From positions 166,247 to 230,246 of the forward strand of contig JAWODC010000044.1 of the NCBI GenBank assembly GCA_046483495.1: a DNA stretch of 64,000 nt. Direction: 5' to 3'. The notes under the pieces are model-generated. The model did not search any database, was not told where the DNA came from, and saw only the letters and a list, made by a program, of their open reading frames with translations. The stretch is from Desulfobacterales bacterium. GTDB lineage: Bacteria; Desulfobacterota; Desulfobacteria; Desulfobacterales; UBA5616. A program made the translations under genes and the position numbers. This document shows positions 8,112 to 19,108 of this stretch, piece by piece (position 1 is the stretch's first letter; every line of letters starts with the position of its first letter).

Positions 8112-9587
8112 ATGAAAGGATGGCTGTTTACCATGCCTCGCAATGACCTGGAGAGAATGTTTGCACCGAAATCCGTCGCCGTCGTCGGCGCCAAACAGAT
8201 AGACCCGACCCTCCCCTACCTGGGAATGTTCGGCGCGATTCAACAATGCGGCTACAAGGGACGGCTTTACCCCATCAATCGGAATCTTCCGGCAGTAAAC
8301 GGTGTAAAAGCCTATCCGAATCTGATGTCCTTGCCGGAACCGGTGGACCTCGTAATCATTTCAGTGCCGGCACCCGCCGTTCCCGATGTTCTTAATGATT
8401 GCGTCGCTTCGGGCAACAAAAATATTCACATTTTCACAGCGGGATTCAAGGAAACCGGAGAGCCCGACGGGCTGAGATTTCAAAAAGAAATTGAAGAAAT
8501 AGCGGTGTCGAACGACCTCCGGGTGATCGGACCCAACTGCATGGGCATTTGTGTTCCGGAACTTCGATTGGCAACCTGGAACAATCCCGTCGATGTCACC
8601 GGTCCTGTCTCATTCGTCAGCCAAAGCGGCGGACACGCCCAGGATTTTTCCAATTATGCAGCGGATTTGGGCATCGGATTCAGCAAGATCGTCAGCTTCG
8701 GCAATGCTCTGACCCTCGACAGCACCGACTTTCTCAATTACCTTGCCCAGGACCCTAAAACAGAAATTATTGCCATGTATCTGGAAGGGGTGAAAGACGG
8801 CCGCAAACTGATGGACCAGATCAAACGCATCAATCCCGTCAAACCGGTGGTCATCATAAAAGGCGGATTAACGAAATCCGGCACCCACGCAGTCGCATCC
8901 CATACCGGCTCCATGGCGGGGGAAGAACAGTTCTGGAGGGCGTTTTTCCGGCAAACCGGAGCGATTCGCGCGCATTCACTGGAAGACATGGCCCACACGA
9001 TTCTCGCCCTGCTCCGTCTTGACCGCACTCAAGGCAAAGGGGTGTGTGTCTTTGGCTCCGGAGGTGGAGTCGTTGTAGCCATATCGGATGCCTGCAGCAG
9101 GATCGGCCTGGATCTTCCGCCCTTTTCATCCGAGATGCAGCAGTCCTTGAGAAAATTTATTCCGGAAGCCGGAAACATGATCAAGAACCCTCTGGACGCC
9201 CATCAGATTATATTGGAAGCCGACAAATACCTGGCAAAAACGCTCGATTTGATTCATCGAGCGCCGGATATTCACATGGTGATCATCTCCCTGCATACCG
9301 ACTGGATGGGGCCGCAATTAATGCCAAAAGTGGTCTCCGCAATTAAAACGATCGTCCCGGCGCATCTGAAGGAAAAGCCTTTCGTAGTGTGCTGGCGTCA
9401 GACACGACGGGATCAGGAAACACGACTGGCGGCCATGCGTTTGGAAAAAGAGCTTTCAGAATCAGGAATACCGGTGTATCGCAGCTTCGAAGATGCCGCA
9501 CTCGCCCTTGCGCGATTTTCCGACTACCACCTTTACTATGCGGGAGGGGGGGAATCGGGCACCGAAAAGATTAGAATGGCATCGTAA
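8112..9587 (+). CDS. Acyl-CoA synthetase (NDP-forming) alpha-subunit-like CoA-binding protein
   Basis: FAPKSVAVVGA, GPNCMG, SQSGG, MYLEG and the phospho-His motif SHTG. No ATP-grasp domain. Start 8112 or 8133. Confidence 0.88.
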   Translation: MKGWLFTMPRNDLERMFAPKSVAVVGAKQIDPTLPYLGMFGAIQQCGYKGRLYPINRNLPAVNGVKAYPNLMSLPEPVDLVIISVPAPAVPDVLNDCVASGNKNIHIFTAGFKETGEPDGLRFQKEIEEIAVSNDLRVIGPNCMGICVPELRLATWNNPVDVTGPVSFVSQSGGHAQDFSNYAADLGIGFSKIVSFGNALTLDSTDFLNYLAQDPKTEIIAMYLEGVKDGRKLMDQIKRINPVKPVVIIKGGLTKSGTHAVASHTGSMAGEEQFWRAFFRQTGAIRAHSLEDMAHTILALLRLDRTQGKGVCVFGSGGGVVVAISDACSRIGLDLPPFSSEMQQSLRKFIPEAGNMIKNPLDAHQIILEADKYLAKTLDLIHRAPDIHMVIISLHTDWMGPQLMPKVVSAIKTIVPAHLKEKPFVVCWRQTRRDQETRLAAMRLEKELSESGIPVYRSFEDAALALARFSDYHLYYAGGGESGTEKIRMAS

Positions 9588-9816
9588 AAGTCATGTGGAG
9601 GATGCGGCCTCCGTACCCTGAGGGAATACGGCCGACAACCGTCACGTGAATAACTTCAGAAAATCCCAAGTCGGGGCCTTCCGGCTTTTTTTGATGCGGA
9701 AGGCCGTCTTTTCTCGTGTCAAACGTAAACCGAAGTAAAAGATATTGCTTTTTACGGGAAAGACGTATTTAAAAAGAAAGTATATCCCTTCACCTGTCAA
9801 ACCAAGGAGACGCTGT

Positions 9817-11010
9817 ATGGACTTCTCTCTGTTGTTTTCCCCGGTTTACATCGGCAAAAAGAAGCTCAAAAACAGGATTGCCTTAGCCCCGACCGGCATG
9901 GGAACCGCCGATGACCATGGCGGGGTAACGGATCAGACCCTGTGCCATTATACGGCACGCGCAAAGGGCGGTGTCGGGATGGTCATCGTCGAACACACCA
10001 TGGCGAATTTAAAATACGGTCTGGAAGGCATCGGCGCTCTGGCCTTTCATCGTGACCGGAACCTTGCGGGAATGTATGATCTCGCCAATGCAATCAAGGC
10101 GTTTGACGCCCTGGCCGTAGTCCAGTTAAGCATAGGTTTGGGACGAGAGCCGGGTCCGGGGCTCGACTCCTTCGGCCCTTCCCCCGTTCCCGTTGAATTC
10201 GCCGCCGGCAGCATGCCCAAGGGGCTTACCGTTTTCGAGGGAATTACCGCACCACCGCCGCGGGAATTGTCGATTCAGGAGATAGAAGAGCTCGAACATC
10301 TGTATGTGGCCTCCGCCCTGCGCATTCAGTCGGCCGGTTTTGACGGTATTGAAATTCACGGCGGCCACGGCTATGCCCTGTCCGCCTTTCTTTCGCCTCA
10401 TGCAAACCGGAGAAACGATCGATACGGAGGATCATTCGAAAAGCGGATGACGCTGGCCTTGAATCTGGTTCGAAGATGCCGAAAAGCTCTGGGTGACCGG
10501 TTCATTCTCGGGTTTCGCATCAGCGGCGATGAACATATTCCCGGCGGACGGAGTTTATCCGAAACATGTGAGATCGTACAAATCCTCGAAAAGGAGGGCA
10601 TCGACTACATCCATCTCACCTCCGGCACCCTTGAATCCAAGTGTTTTACATTTCCGGACAAAAAATCGGTCCTGTTGCCCGAAGCGGAATCGGTCAAGAA
10701 GTCGGTAAGCATTCCGGTCATCTGTCCGAATATCCATGATCCCGATGTTGCCGTTGATGCCGTCAAGAGCGGAAAAATCGATGTGGTGTCCTTGTCACGC
10801 AGCCTTCTGGCGGATCCGGAATGGCCGACCAAGGTTAAAGAAGGCCGCATACAGGACATTCAAAAATGCATTTTGTGCAATACATGCCTCAAGACGCTCT
10901 TTACCGGATTTCAAACCCGGTGCGCCGTAAATCCCAATGTCGGCAGAGAGCGATTTATGCCGGAATACTTCCCGCCGGTGCGAAAACGCGGCGAAACAAT
11001 TCCCCATTAA
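9817..11010 (+). CDS. NADH:flavin oxidoreductase (Old Yellow Enzyme family) with C-terminal 4Fe-4S motif
   Basis: LKNRIALAP, ARAKGGVG, GFDGIEIHGGHGY, NRRNDRYGGS, CILCNTC..CAVNP. AGGAG RBS before ATG 9817. Confidence 0.9.
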   Translation: MDFSLLFSPVYIGKKKLKNRIALAPTGMGTADDHGGVTDQTLCHYTARAKGGVGMVIVEHTMANLKYGLEGIGALAFHRDRNLAGMYDLANAIKAFDALAVVQLSIGLGREPGPGLDSFGPSPVPVEFAAGSMPKGLTVFEGITAPPPRELSIQEIEELEHLYVASALRIQSAGFDGIEIHGGHGYALSAFLSPHANRRNDRYGGSFEKRMTLALNLVRRCRKALGDRFILGFRISGDEHIPGGRSLSETCEIVQILEKEGIDYIHLTSGTLESKCFTFPDKKSVLLPEAESVKKSVSIPVICPNIHDPDVAVDAVKSGKIDVVSLSRSLLADPEWPTKVKEGRIQDIQKCILCNTCLKTLFTGFQTRCAVNPNVGRERFMPEYFPPVRKRGETIPH

Positions 11011-11029
11011 CCCTTAACTACTTTGTTTA

Positions 11030-12139
11030 ATGCCGGCAGTTATGAAAACGACCCATTGCATGATGTTTCAGGACGCCGCTCTTTTGCGCGGCATCGAACC
11101 GAAGAGCATCGACCTGGTGGTGACATCCCCGCCCTACCCCATGATCGAAATGTGGGATAATCTGTTTGCGATGCAATGCCCACGCGTCGACACGGCACTT
11201 GAAAAACGCCGGGGTAACGAGGCCTTCGAGCAGATGCACCGAGTGTTGGACAACGTGTGGAAAGCGCTTTACCCCGTGTTGAAGCCCGGCGCAATATGCT
11301 GCATCAATATCGGTGATGCCGTCCGGACCATCGATAATGTTTTTGCCCTTTACGCGAATCACACTCGAATCGCCCGTTCCATGGCAACGAACGGTTTTAC
11401 ATCCCTGCCCTGCATCCTTTGGCGGAAACAAACCAATGCGCCCAACAAGTTTATGGGATCCGGAATGCTGCCGGCCGGCGCGCATGTCACATTGGAGCAC
11501 GAATACATTCTGATATTTCGTAAAGGTGGAAAACGGGAGTTCACAACCACGGCTGAAAAGCAACTACGACGGGAAAGCGCCTTTTTCTGGGAAGAGCGCA
11601 ACACCTGGTTTTCGGATGTCTGGATGGATATCAAAGGGGCTTCCCAATCGCTCGTTTCAAAGACGGCGAGAAGGCGAAGCGCCGCCTACCCTTTCGAGCT
11701 TGCTTATCGCCTGATCAATATGTTTTCCGTTAAAGGCGATACAGTACTGGATCCCTTCATGGGCACCGGCACCACCCTGCTCGCCGCCATGGCATCTTGC
11801 AGAAACAGCTTGGGTGTTGACATCGCCCGTGAATTCGGCAACGATACGGCATCAGCCGTCCGCGGCATCGTAAAGGCAGCCAATGACCGCATCCGGCGCC
11901 GGATAGAGAATCACCTGGCATTCATCGAAACCCGAAAAGAGCAAAAAAAGGAAATCAAGCATCTGAACAGGCCTTACGGATTTCCCGTCGTTACCTCCCA
12001 GGAAAAGGATCTTTTTTTTAACACATTGACGCAGGCGAAAGCCGTGGGAAGCGACCGTTTCGAAGTAAAATACTCCGAAGAACCCGACCGGACAATCCGA
12101 GCCTACTACGGCGATCTATTCCTGCATGCAAAAAACTGA
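11030..12139 (+). CDS. Orphan site-specific DNA methyltransferase, beta class (probably N4-cytosine)
   Basis: Motif IV VTSPPY near the N-terminus, motif [10 protein letters not shown] near the C-terminus. Confidence 0.88.
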   Translation: MPAVMKTTHCMMFQDAALLRGIEPKSIDLVVTSPPYPMIEMWDNLFAMQCPRVDTALEKRRGNEAFEQMHRVLDNVWKALYPVLKPGAICCINIGDAVRTIDNVFALYANHTRIARSMATNGFTSLPCILWRKQTNAPNKFMGSGMLPAGAHVTLEHEYILIFRKGGKREFTTTAEKQLRRESAFFWEERNTWFSDVWMDIKGASQSLVSKTARRRSAAYPFELAYRLINMFSVKGDTVLDPFMGTGTTLLAAMASCRNSLGVDIAREFGNDTASAVRGIVKAANDRIRRRIENHLAFIETRKEQKKEIKHLNRPYGFPVVTSQEKDLFFNTLTQAKAVGSDRFEVKYSEEPDRTIRAYYGDLFLHAKN

Positions 12140-12225
12140 CGACATGCACATGCACGTTTCAGACACGTGACCATCATATCGAGGGAGACATTACAGCTTC
12201 TTTATTCGAAAAAGGAGGAATCACC

Positions 12226-12993
12226 ATGCAACTATCGGGCAATACAGCCATTGTCACCGGCGGTGCAAGCGGACTGGGTGCCGCTACCGTCCACCTGCTG
12301 CACCGGCACGATGCCAATGTCATGATCGCGGATATAAACGGCGCCGGCGCCGAATCGCTGGCTGAAAGGCTCGGCGAGCGCGCGGCCTGTTGCCGGGTGG
12401 ACGTCACCCAAACCGACGAGGTTCAGGCATGCATTCAACAAACCATGGATGCCTTCGGGGCGATTCATATCCTGGTAAACTGCGCCGGCACGAGCTTCCC
12501 GATGAAAACCGTCGGAAAAGACGGCCCCCATGACCTGGGCGTCTTCAAAAAGGTGGTCGAGATCAATCTGTTCGGCACGTTTGATTTTCTCCGGCTGTCG
12601 GCGTTTCACATGCAGGCGAATGAACCCAATGCGTATATGGAACGGGGGGTGATCGTCAACACTGCCTCGGTTGCCGCATTTGACGGCCAAATCGGCCAGG
12701 CATGCTATTCGGCATCCAAGGCGGGCATAGTGGGAATGACCCTGCCCATTGCCCGCGACCTCGCCCGGAGCGGCATCAGAGTCTGCACCATAGCCCCCGG
12801 TTTATTCGATACGCCCCTTTTAGCGGCGCTTCCCGAGGAGGCCAAAGCATCTTTAGGCAAACAAACTCCCTTTCCCCCCAGACTCGGAAGGCCTGAAGAA
12901 TACGCTCACATGGCAAAAGCGATTATCGAGAATCCCATGATGAACGGTGAAACGATACGGCTTGACGGGGCCATCCGCATGGCTCCCAAATAA
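12226..12993 (+). CDS. 3-hydroxyacyl-CoA dehydrogenase type II (HSD17B10-like SDR)
   Basis: [45 protein letters not shown]. Confidence 0.92.
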   Translation: MQLSGNTAIVTGGASGLGAATVHLLHRHDANVMIADINGAGAESLAERLGERAACCRVDVTQTDEVQACIQQTMDAFGAIHILVNCAGTSFPMKTVGKDGPHDLGVFKKVVEINLFGTFDFLRLSAFHMQANEPNAYMERGVIVNTASVAAFDGQIGQACYSASKAGIVGMTLPIARDLARSGIRVCTIAPGLFDTPLLAALPEEAKASLGKQTPFPPRLGRPEEYAHMAKAIIENPMMNGETIRLDGAIRMAPK

Positions 12994-13084
12994 CGCGTGG
13001 TGCATCGGTTGCGGGAACCAAAGAACATTTCCATGCAATTGTGTTCGGATCCAAAAAAACGATGCCCATATCAGGAGAAGTAAA

Positions 13085-13828
13085 ATGGCAGATTTGATTT
13101 TACGGGAAGATAAAGACGGCTTGGCCGCGCTGATGCTGAATCGGCCGGAAAAACTCAACGCATTGAATGTCGACCTTTTTATTGAACTGCGGAAGCACAT
13201 CGAAGATATCGAAAAGCAGATCGATACCATCGGCTGCGTGGTCGTTAGGGGCAACGGCCGGTGCTTTTCCGCCGGACACGATCTCAAGGACCTGGGCGCC
13301 GGTGAAAAGCCGCCTTCCGAGCACTTTCAGTCGGAAACCGTTGCGCGGCTGGCGAACCTGCCCCAGCCGGTGATATCCGCGGTTCACGGCCACTGCTACA
13401 CCGGGGCACTGGAACTGGCCCTGGCCGGGGACATCATCATCGCTGCGGAGTCCGCCCTGTTCGCCGATACGCACGGCCGGTGGGCATTGACGCCGATCTG
13501 GGGCATGAGCCAGCGCCTGCCCAGAAGAGTCGGGTCGGCAAAGGCGCGGGAAATGATGTTTACGGCCAAAACGTATACCGCACGGGAAGCGCTGGCCATG
13601 GGACTTGCCAATATATGCGTGCCGGATGACCGCTTCGATGCCGAAACTCAGGTGCTTGCGTCATCCATTTTGGCGAATTCCTGGTTTTCCAACCGCGCCA
13701 ACAAGAAACTGCTGAAAGAGACGGACGGCATGCCGCTTGCAGAAGGGCTTCGGTACGAAGTGGACCACAACGAGGGTCATGGCCCGGATGCATTCGAGCG
13801 CATGAGCGCTTTCGGCAAAAAGAAGTAA
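13085..13828 (+). CDS. Enoyl-CoA hydratase/isomerase family protein
   Basis: LNRPEKLNAL, FSAGHDL, GALELALAGD. AGGAG RBS before ATG 13085. Confidence 0.9.
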   Translation: MADLILREDKDGLAALMLNRPEKLNALNVDLFIELRKHIEDIEKQIDTIGCVVVRGNGRCFSAGHDLKDLGAGEKPPSEHFQSETVARLANLPQPVISAVHGHCYTGALELALAGDIIIAAESALFADTHGRWALTPIWGMSQRLPRRVGSAKAREMMFTAKTYTAREALAMGLANICVPDDRFDAETQVLASSILANSWFSNRANKKLLKETDGMPLAEGLRYEVDHNEGHGPDAFERMSAFGKKK

Positions 13829-13858
13829 AACCGCACGAAGGTGATTATCCCGCTGAGA

Positions 13859-13898
13859 TCGTCCGGCCGCGTAACGGGCAGCGGCCGGACGAAAAAAA
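13859..13898. terminator. Intrinsic terminator between convergent genes
   Basis: tcgtccggccgc...gcggccggacga stem, with an A-run on the right side only. Confidence 0.65.
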
Positions 13899-13937
13899 TC
13901 CGACAGTCGTGTTAGAATCCGGTGTCCTTCTATTCGT

Positions 13938-16385
13938 CTACGGCTTGGCCATTGACGGGCTCAACACCGGTTCATCGGAAGCAGACGCCACCGGCTGGAC
14001 AGCTTCATCCTTGATCAGATAACGCGCCAGTGCAGGCAGGAGAACCATGGCGCCCACCATATTCCAGAGAAACATGAAGGTTAACAAAAATCCCATGTCC
14101 GCCTGGAATTTAATCGGCGAAAACGCCCAGGTCGCCACACCGATGGACAAGGTGATGCCGGTAAACGAAACCGCCCGGCCCGTGGTATTCAACGTCCGGT
14201 AGTAGGCGGCGGTCAGTTTATGACCTCTTTCCCGGTAATATAAAAGCCGATTGTATATATAGATACCGTAATCCACACCGATGCCGACACCCACCGCAAT
14301 GACGGGAAGGGTGGCCACCTTGATGCCGATGCCCGTTTTCGCCATCAGCGCCTCGCACAATACAGAGGTTAAAACGAGCGGCGTAACGACGCATATGGCG
14401 CCCCTGAAGTTGCGATAGGTCACCAGGCAGACCAGAAAAACGACGGCGTAAACCAACATCGTCAACATCACGAGCGCTTTTTCCACCTCGATATTCGTGG
14501 CCGCTTCGATGCCGGCGTTCCCTGCAGCCATGAGGAACCGGTATGTATCGGTGTCGTATTCTTGAGAAAAGGCTTCAACAGTCGCTACGACTCGTTCCAG
14601 CGTCTCCGCCTTGTGATCATCCAGAAACACCATGATCGGTGTCAGGTCACCGGTCTGCTTTTGAAAATCCGTAGGGATCTTGAGCACCATGTTGTCGAGT
14701 GCGACCTTGCTTCGAGGCAACGCCGTCCATTTGAGATTGCCTTCCATGAAGGCCGAATTGAGCATTTTCAAAAAGGCTACATGGCTTTTGACCATTTGAA
14801 CGCCTTTCAGCCCCGACAGCTGCCACACCAGTTTGTCCGTCGCCACCACCACTGGATATGAACTGTTGCCCGCCGGCGGTGTTTTCAGCATCACCACAAA
14901 GACATCGCTGCTGGTCGAGTAATGTTCGTTCATGTAGGCATTATCCCGGTTGTACCGCGAATCCGTCCGCAATTCAGGGGCCCCGGGATCCAGGTCGCCG
15001 GTTTTTAAATCCTGCCGGGCCCAGAGGCCGCCCGCAAGCCCTATGATAGCCAGGGCGATGGCCACATTTGCATATCGCGTTTGCGTGAATTTCGACAAAA
15101 ACACCCATGCGGGATGGTCGGTGCCGGCCTCTCGCTTTTTCAACAATTCGATCGTTTTTTGACTGATGCCGGAATAGGACATCAGGATAGGCAGCAAGGA
15201 CAAATCGGTAAAGGCCACAACAGCCACACCGATACTGGCGCCGACGGCGATATCCTGGATAACACCGATGCGTATGGACATCAGTGTGGCAAATCCGATA
15301 CAGTCGGTCAGCAGCGCCGCCAGGCCGGGTCTGTATATCTGACGGTAAGCCAGCCGTGCGGCTTTCAGCTTGTCGGCACCGCCGATCATTTCATGGGCCA
15401 TGGCATTGAACATCTGAATACCGTGGCTGACGCCCAATGCAAACATCAGAAAGGGGACCAGCATGGAATAGGGATTCATGCCGTAGCCGAACAGCCGCAT
15501 GATGCCCAATTGCCATATGACAGCCACTATAGAGGAAATGGCACGCATGGCCGTGCTCTTGACGCACCTCGAGTTAAACCACAGCAAAAATAAGAGAATG
15601 AAAAAGGCGATCAAGAAAAATAGAAGGACACGGGTCGATCCCTCGATCAAATCACCGACGATTTTGGCGAACCCGGTGATGTGGATCTTGATCGTGTCGC
15701 TTTGGAAACGGGTCCTGAGATCTTCGAGCTTTTGTGAAAAAACCTGGTAATCCAGCGGCTTGCCCGTCTCGGGGTCAATATCGTACAGGGGTGCTACAAT
15801 GACGCTGGATTTGAAATCGTTGGCCACGAGGCTGCCGACCTCACCGGATTTGAGAACATTCAACCGAACTTGGTCGAGACTGGCCTGACTGCCGTTGTAC
15901 GTCGGTGGTATGACCTCCCCACCTGCAAATCCCTCTTCGGTCACTTCCGTCCAACGGGTGATCGGTGTCCAAAGAGACTTGAGGCCGCTTCGATTCACGC
16001 CGGAAACATAAAAGACCTCATCGGTCATGTTTTTCAGGACTTCCATGTATTCTTCGGTATAAATATCCCCCTGGGTGGTCTCCACGCAAATGCGCACACG
16101 ATTGCCCAATCCCCTGAGGTCTTCCTGGTGGGCAATGTAATTTTTAATATAAGGATGATAGGTTGGAATCATCCTCAGAAAACTCGCCTCGGGTCTCATC
16201 TGCAGCATGTGATACCCGAGGAAAACGGTGATCAGTGTGAATACGGCCAAAAACAGCGGACGATTGGCAAACAGCAGCCGCTCGAGCAAGGGGGCGCTGT
16301 CCAGGTATGAATCCCCTTCATATTCATAGGCATCGTCGTTTATGTTCAGGTCATTACCCAATGATGTATTCTTCTTCCGGGTCAT
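13938..16385 (-). CDS. RND/MMPL-family transporter
   Basis: 815 aa, two TM repeats, GVSHGIQ and GIGVDYGIY motifs; last gene of the DUF1302 module. Confidence 0.9.
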   Translation of the reverse strand: MTRKKNTSLGNDLNINDDAYEYEGDSYLDSAPLLERLLFANRPLFLAVFTLITVFLGYHMLQMRPEASFLRMIPTYHPYIKNYIAHQEDLRGLGNRVRICVETTQGDIYTEEYMEVLKNMTDEVFYVSGVNRSGLKSLWTPITRWTEVTEEGFAGGEVIPPTYNGSQASLDQVRLNVLKSGEVGSLVANDFKSSVIVAPLYDIDPETGKPLDYQVFSQKLEDLRTRFQSDTIKIHITGFAKIVGDLIEGSTRVLLFFLIAFFILLFLLWFNSRCVKSTAMRAISSIVAVIWQLGIMRLFGYGMNPYSMLVPFLMFALGVSHGIQMFNAMAHEMIGGADKLKAARLAYRQIYRPGLAALLTDCIGFATLMSIRIGVIQDIAVGASIGVAVVAFTDLSLLPILMSYSGISQKTIELLKKREAGTDHPAWVFLSKFTQTRYANVAIALAIIGLAGGLWARQDLKTGDLDPGAPELRTDSRYNRDNAYMNEHYSTSSDVFVVMLKTPPAGNSSYPVVVATDKLVWQLSGLKGVQMVKSHVAFLKMLNSAFMEGNLKWTALPRSKVALDNMVLKIPTDFQKQTGDLTPIMVFLDDHKAETLERVVATVEAFSQEYDTDTYRFLMAAGNAGIEAATNIEVEKALVMLTMLVYAVVFLVCLVTYRNFRGAICVVTPLVLTSVLCEALMAKTGIGIKVATLPVIAVGVGIGVDYGIYIYNRLLYYRERGHKLTAAYYRTLNTTGRAVSFTGITLSIGVATWAFSPIKFQADMGFLLTFMFLWNMVGAMVLLPALARYLIKDEAVQPVASASDEPVLSPSMAKP

Positions 16386-16391
16386 TACGGT

Positions 16392-17582
16392 TTATCCTTT
16401 TTCTCTGCGGATTGGATCATTGAGATCTATTCGGGTATATCCTCTCAATCCAACCACCATAAGAACGTTTTCTTCGGGCTCTGCCAGAGAAATGCTCCCC
16501 GGAAAACGCACCGGAAGGCGGCTGAACGTTTTTCCGCCGTCAATGCTACGCATGACATATCCATCGACTCCGGCGATGCAAAGAGAGCCGTCTGAAAGAA
16601 GTAAGCCTCCGGAGATGGATGCGGTCATTCCGGTATCCAGCGCGGACCATGTTTCTCCCCTGTCACGGGACATATACATGTGCCCCCGCAGCCCGTATGC
16701 GGCTACAAAGCCGCCTCCAGGATCTGCGACTATGCCGAAGAAGGATCCTTCATAAGGCGATTCCAAGGCCTTCCAGGTTCTGCCGAAATCTTCGGAGCGA
16801 AACAGCATACCCCCCTCCCCCGCCATGAACAAATCACTGCCGCATCGGGTGATACCGTAAAAATGATACCCATAGGGGTTATAGATTTGATCCAGCAGCG
16901 GTTTCCAATGTTTCCCACCGTCATCCGTCCTGAAAATCATGCCGAATGAACCGATTACGAGTCCTTCCCGCTCATTTTTGAACCAAACATCCATCAGAGG
17001 CCGCGTCGGGCCTTCTTCCACCGCCAGTTCGACATCGCTGAGAAAAAATCCGAGATCTTCAATTTCAATTTTGAGCGTTTCTTTAGCATCTTCATCGAGC
17101 CCGGAATTTTCGTCCTCCAGCATGGCGGTCTTTTCGCGAATCATCTGCTTTAATTGCGCGAAGATAAGATCATTGATTTTTCGGCCGTCCAACTGCTTGA
17201 CCCATGTTCGGCCGCCGTCTTCAGAGTGCAAAATCACCCCGTCGTGCCCGACGGCCCATCCCTTTTCAGTCGTAGGGAAGTGAACCGCCGTAAGCGTGAC
17301 ACTGACCGGAACATCCGCCTGGTCCCAATCATTGCAGGCGGAATCCGACCTTAAAATAAACCCGCGTTCTCCGACCGTGAATATTTTACCGTTTACACAC
17401 TGGATATCCATCAATATCGAATTCGCCGCCCTTTCCGATTTTTCCGCCGGCATTTCCAGCAGGTCGCCGGGGTCCTGCGCAAAAACCGGTCCGGCGATAA
17501 AGAGCATGAACAATCCAATGAACAGTCCCGGCCATCGTCCACCACTTCCTGTAAATCGCTTTCCCGCGTATCTAATCGTCAT
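16392..17582 (-). CDS. YCF48/BNR-repeat beta-propeller protein
   Basis: Signal peptide, repeated SxDGGxTW (BNR) motifs, GWAVGHDG. Confidence 0.9.
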   Translation of the reverse strand: MTIRYAGKRFTGSGGRWPGLFIGLFMLFIAGPVFAQDPGDLLEMPAEKSERAANSILMDIQCVNGKIFTVGERGFILRSDSACNDWDQADVPVSVTLTAVHFPTTEKGWAVGHDGVILHSEDGGRTWVKQLDGRKINDLIFAQLKQMIREKTAMLEDENSGLDEDAKETLKIEIEDLGFFLSDVELAVEEGPTRPLMDVWFKNEREGLVIGSFGMIFRTDDGGKHWKPLLDQIYNPYGYHFYGITRCGSDLFMAGEGGMLFRSEDFGRTWKALESPYEGSFFGIVADPGGGFVAAYGLRGHMYMSRDRGETWSALDTGMTASISGGLLLSDGSLCIAGVDGYVMRSIDGGKTFSRLPVRFPGSISLAEPEENVLMVVGLRGYTRIDLNDPIRREKG

Positions 17583-17681
17583 TATTTACTTTCCCATTCA
17601 TGTAATTATGCCGTCTGCCTTCGATGCGTCTCGCGGCCTCCCATCGTTCCGGAAAACCGGAGACGCATGCCTTTTTGTCGG

Positions 17682-19076
17682 CTATCGTTTTCCAATTTTA
17701 CGAACGTTTTCCGGTGTCAGTACGTCAGGCGGCACATCCTCCCACCACAGGACTTTGCCTTGGTCTTCATAACCGTTAAGCATTCCGCTTGTGGCATAAC
17801 TGTCCGTCTGGAAATCATAGAGTGCGTAGCAGCGCTGCACCCAGCAGGGCATCGCATAATTGGCATATTGGGCGTTCATATGCATCCGCCAGAGGTTGCC
17901 GCGCGTATCGTACTTGTCATGCAGTGAATTGTTCCAGGAATCTTCATCCATATAAAGGACCCGTTTGCCGTAGCAATGGCGTTTGCCCTCTTTGAGGGTG
18001 GCCTCCACGACCCATGTCCGGTGCAGCTCCCAGCGGAAATATTCCGGATTCCAGTGGTAAGGCGTCAACAGATCGTCAACAGGCGCCAAATCGATTTGAT
18101 AGGAATTATAGCCGATAAAAATTTCCTTTTTCCCCAGCAGCTTCCAGTCGAACCGGTCGATCTGACTGTTGAACATATAGGCATCGTCATAAGTGGCCAA
18201 TCCGCCGTAGGAGGGGTTGGGCGTGTCGTAGGCGATGCTCGGGGCGCGCCTCACCCGGCGCTGTCCGGGCATGTACTGCCAGTTCCCCTTGTCCGCGATC
18301 CGGGTATAATCTAAAGGCGCTATGGACAGAATGATTTCACCTTTCCGGCGGGCAGGCTCGAAGTACTCGATCAGCACGCCTGACAGCCACCCGCTCCAGG
18401 TCTCGAGGGACCCGTCTTTGTCATAATATGGAACGTCGAAGGTGTAATACGCACCGCCGCCCACCGTCTTGCTGCCGTTGGCATGCACCAGCCAGCACCG
18501 TGTGAGCTCGCCGTGGTCCCCGCCGCTCCAGCGGCATTGATGATTGAAAACCACCTCCGCCCCGTGCTTGGGAATGGGAAACGGGACGCCGGCATATCCG
18601 CCGCGGGCACCGTTCTTGTCCTCGGTCAGTTCGAAGGTCAGGGCGTTCTGGTACGTGTTGTCATACACCCACTGGGGTGCGGCAAACGTTCGTCGGCTGG
18701 GGTACACATGCATTTTCCAGGTCTCGGGGTATTTCTTGAACATCTCCTTCACGCCATCGGAAAGCTTGTCCGCGTATTCGCCCATGTTTTCGGCGGTGAT
18801 GGTGAACAGTATTTCGTCATCGGCGAAGGGGTCGGGGAAGGTTCCGCCCGAAGCCGGGTCGTACTGTACATTGTCCGGAATGGCGGTCAAACCGCCCTCC
18901 CACGCGGGAATCGTGCCATCGGCATTGCCCGCCCGCTCGGCCCCCGTGGGGGTCAAATCCTTTTTCAGGCGCTCCGCCTCTTCTACCGATACCTTGGCCT
19001 GGAGCGGCAGTGCCGCCCACAAAAAACCGATTACCAGAAGCAAAATACTTATTTTTTTCCTTACGTTTTGCATCAT
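17682..19076 (-). CDS. DUF1329 periplasmic protein
   Basis: LTPTGAERAGNADGTIPAW, PFPIPK, GQRRVRRAP, RWELHRTWVVEATLK, DEDSW. Confidence 0.9.
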   Translation of the reverse strand: MMQNVRKKISILLLVIGFLWAALPLQAKVSVEEAERLKKDLTPTGAERAGNADGTIPAWEGGLTAIPDNVQYDPASGGTFPDPFADDEILFTITAENMGEYADKLSDGVKEMFKKYPETWKMHVYPSRRTFAAPQWVYDNTYQNALTFELTEDKNGARGGYAGVPFPIPKHGAEVVFNHQCRWSGGDHGELTRCWLVHANGSKTVGGGAYYTFDVPYYDKDGSLETWSGWLSGVLIEYFEPARRKGEIILSIAPLDYTRIADKGNWQYMPGQRRVRRAPSIAYDTPNPSYGGLATYDDAYMFNSQIDRFDWKLLGKKEIFIGYNSYQIDLAPVDDLLTPYHWNPEYFRWELHRTWVVEATLKEGKRHCYGKRVLYMDEDSWNNSLHDKYDTRGNLWRMHMNAQYANYAMPCWVQRCYALYDFQTDSYATSGMLNGYEDQGKVLWWEDVPPDVLTPENVRKIGKR

Positions 19077-19108
19077 TGAATCCTCCGTGTTTAAAAACGA
19101 TTACATCG

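Noticed and set aside
9604..9706. Two intergenic hairpins, possibly REP-like
   Set aside because: No second copy in the window; cannot be distinguished from ordinary terminators.
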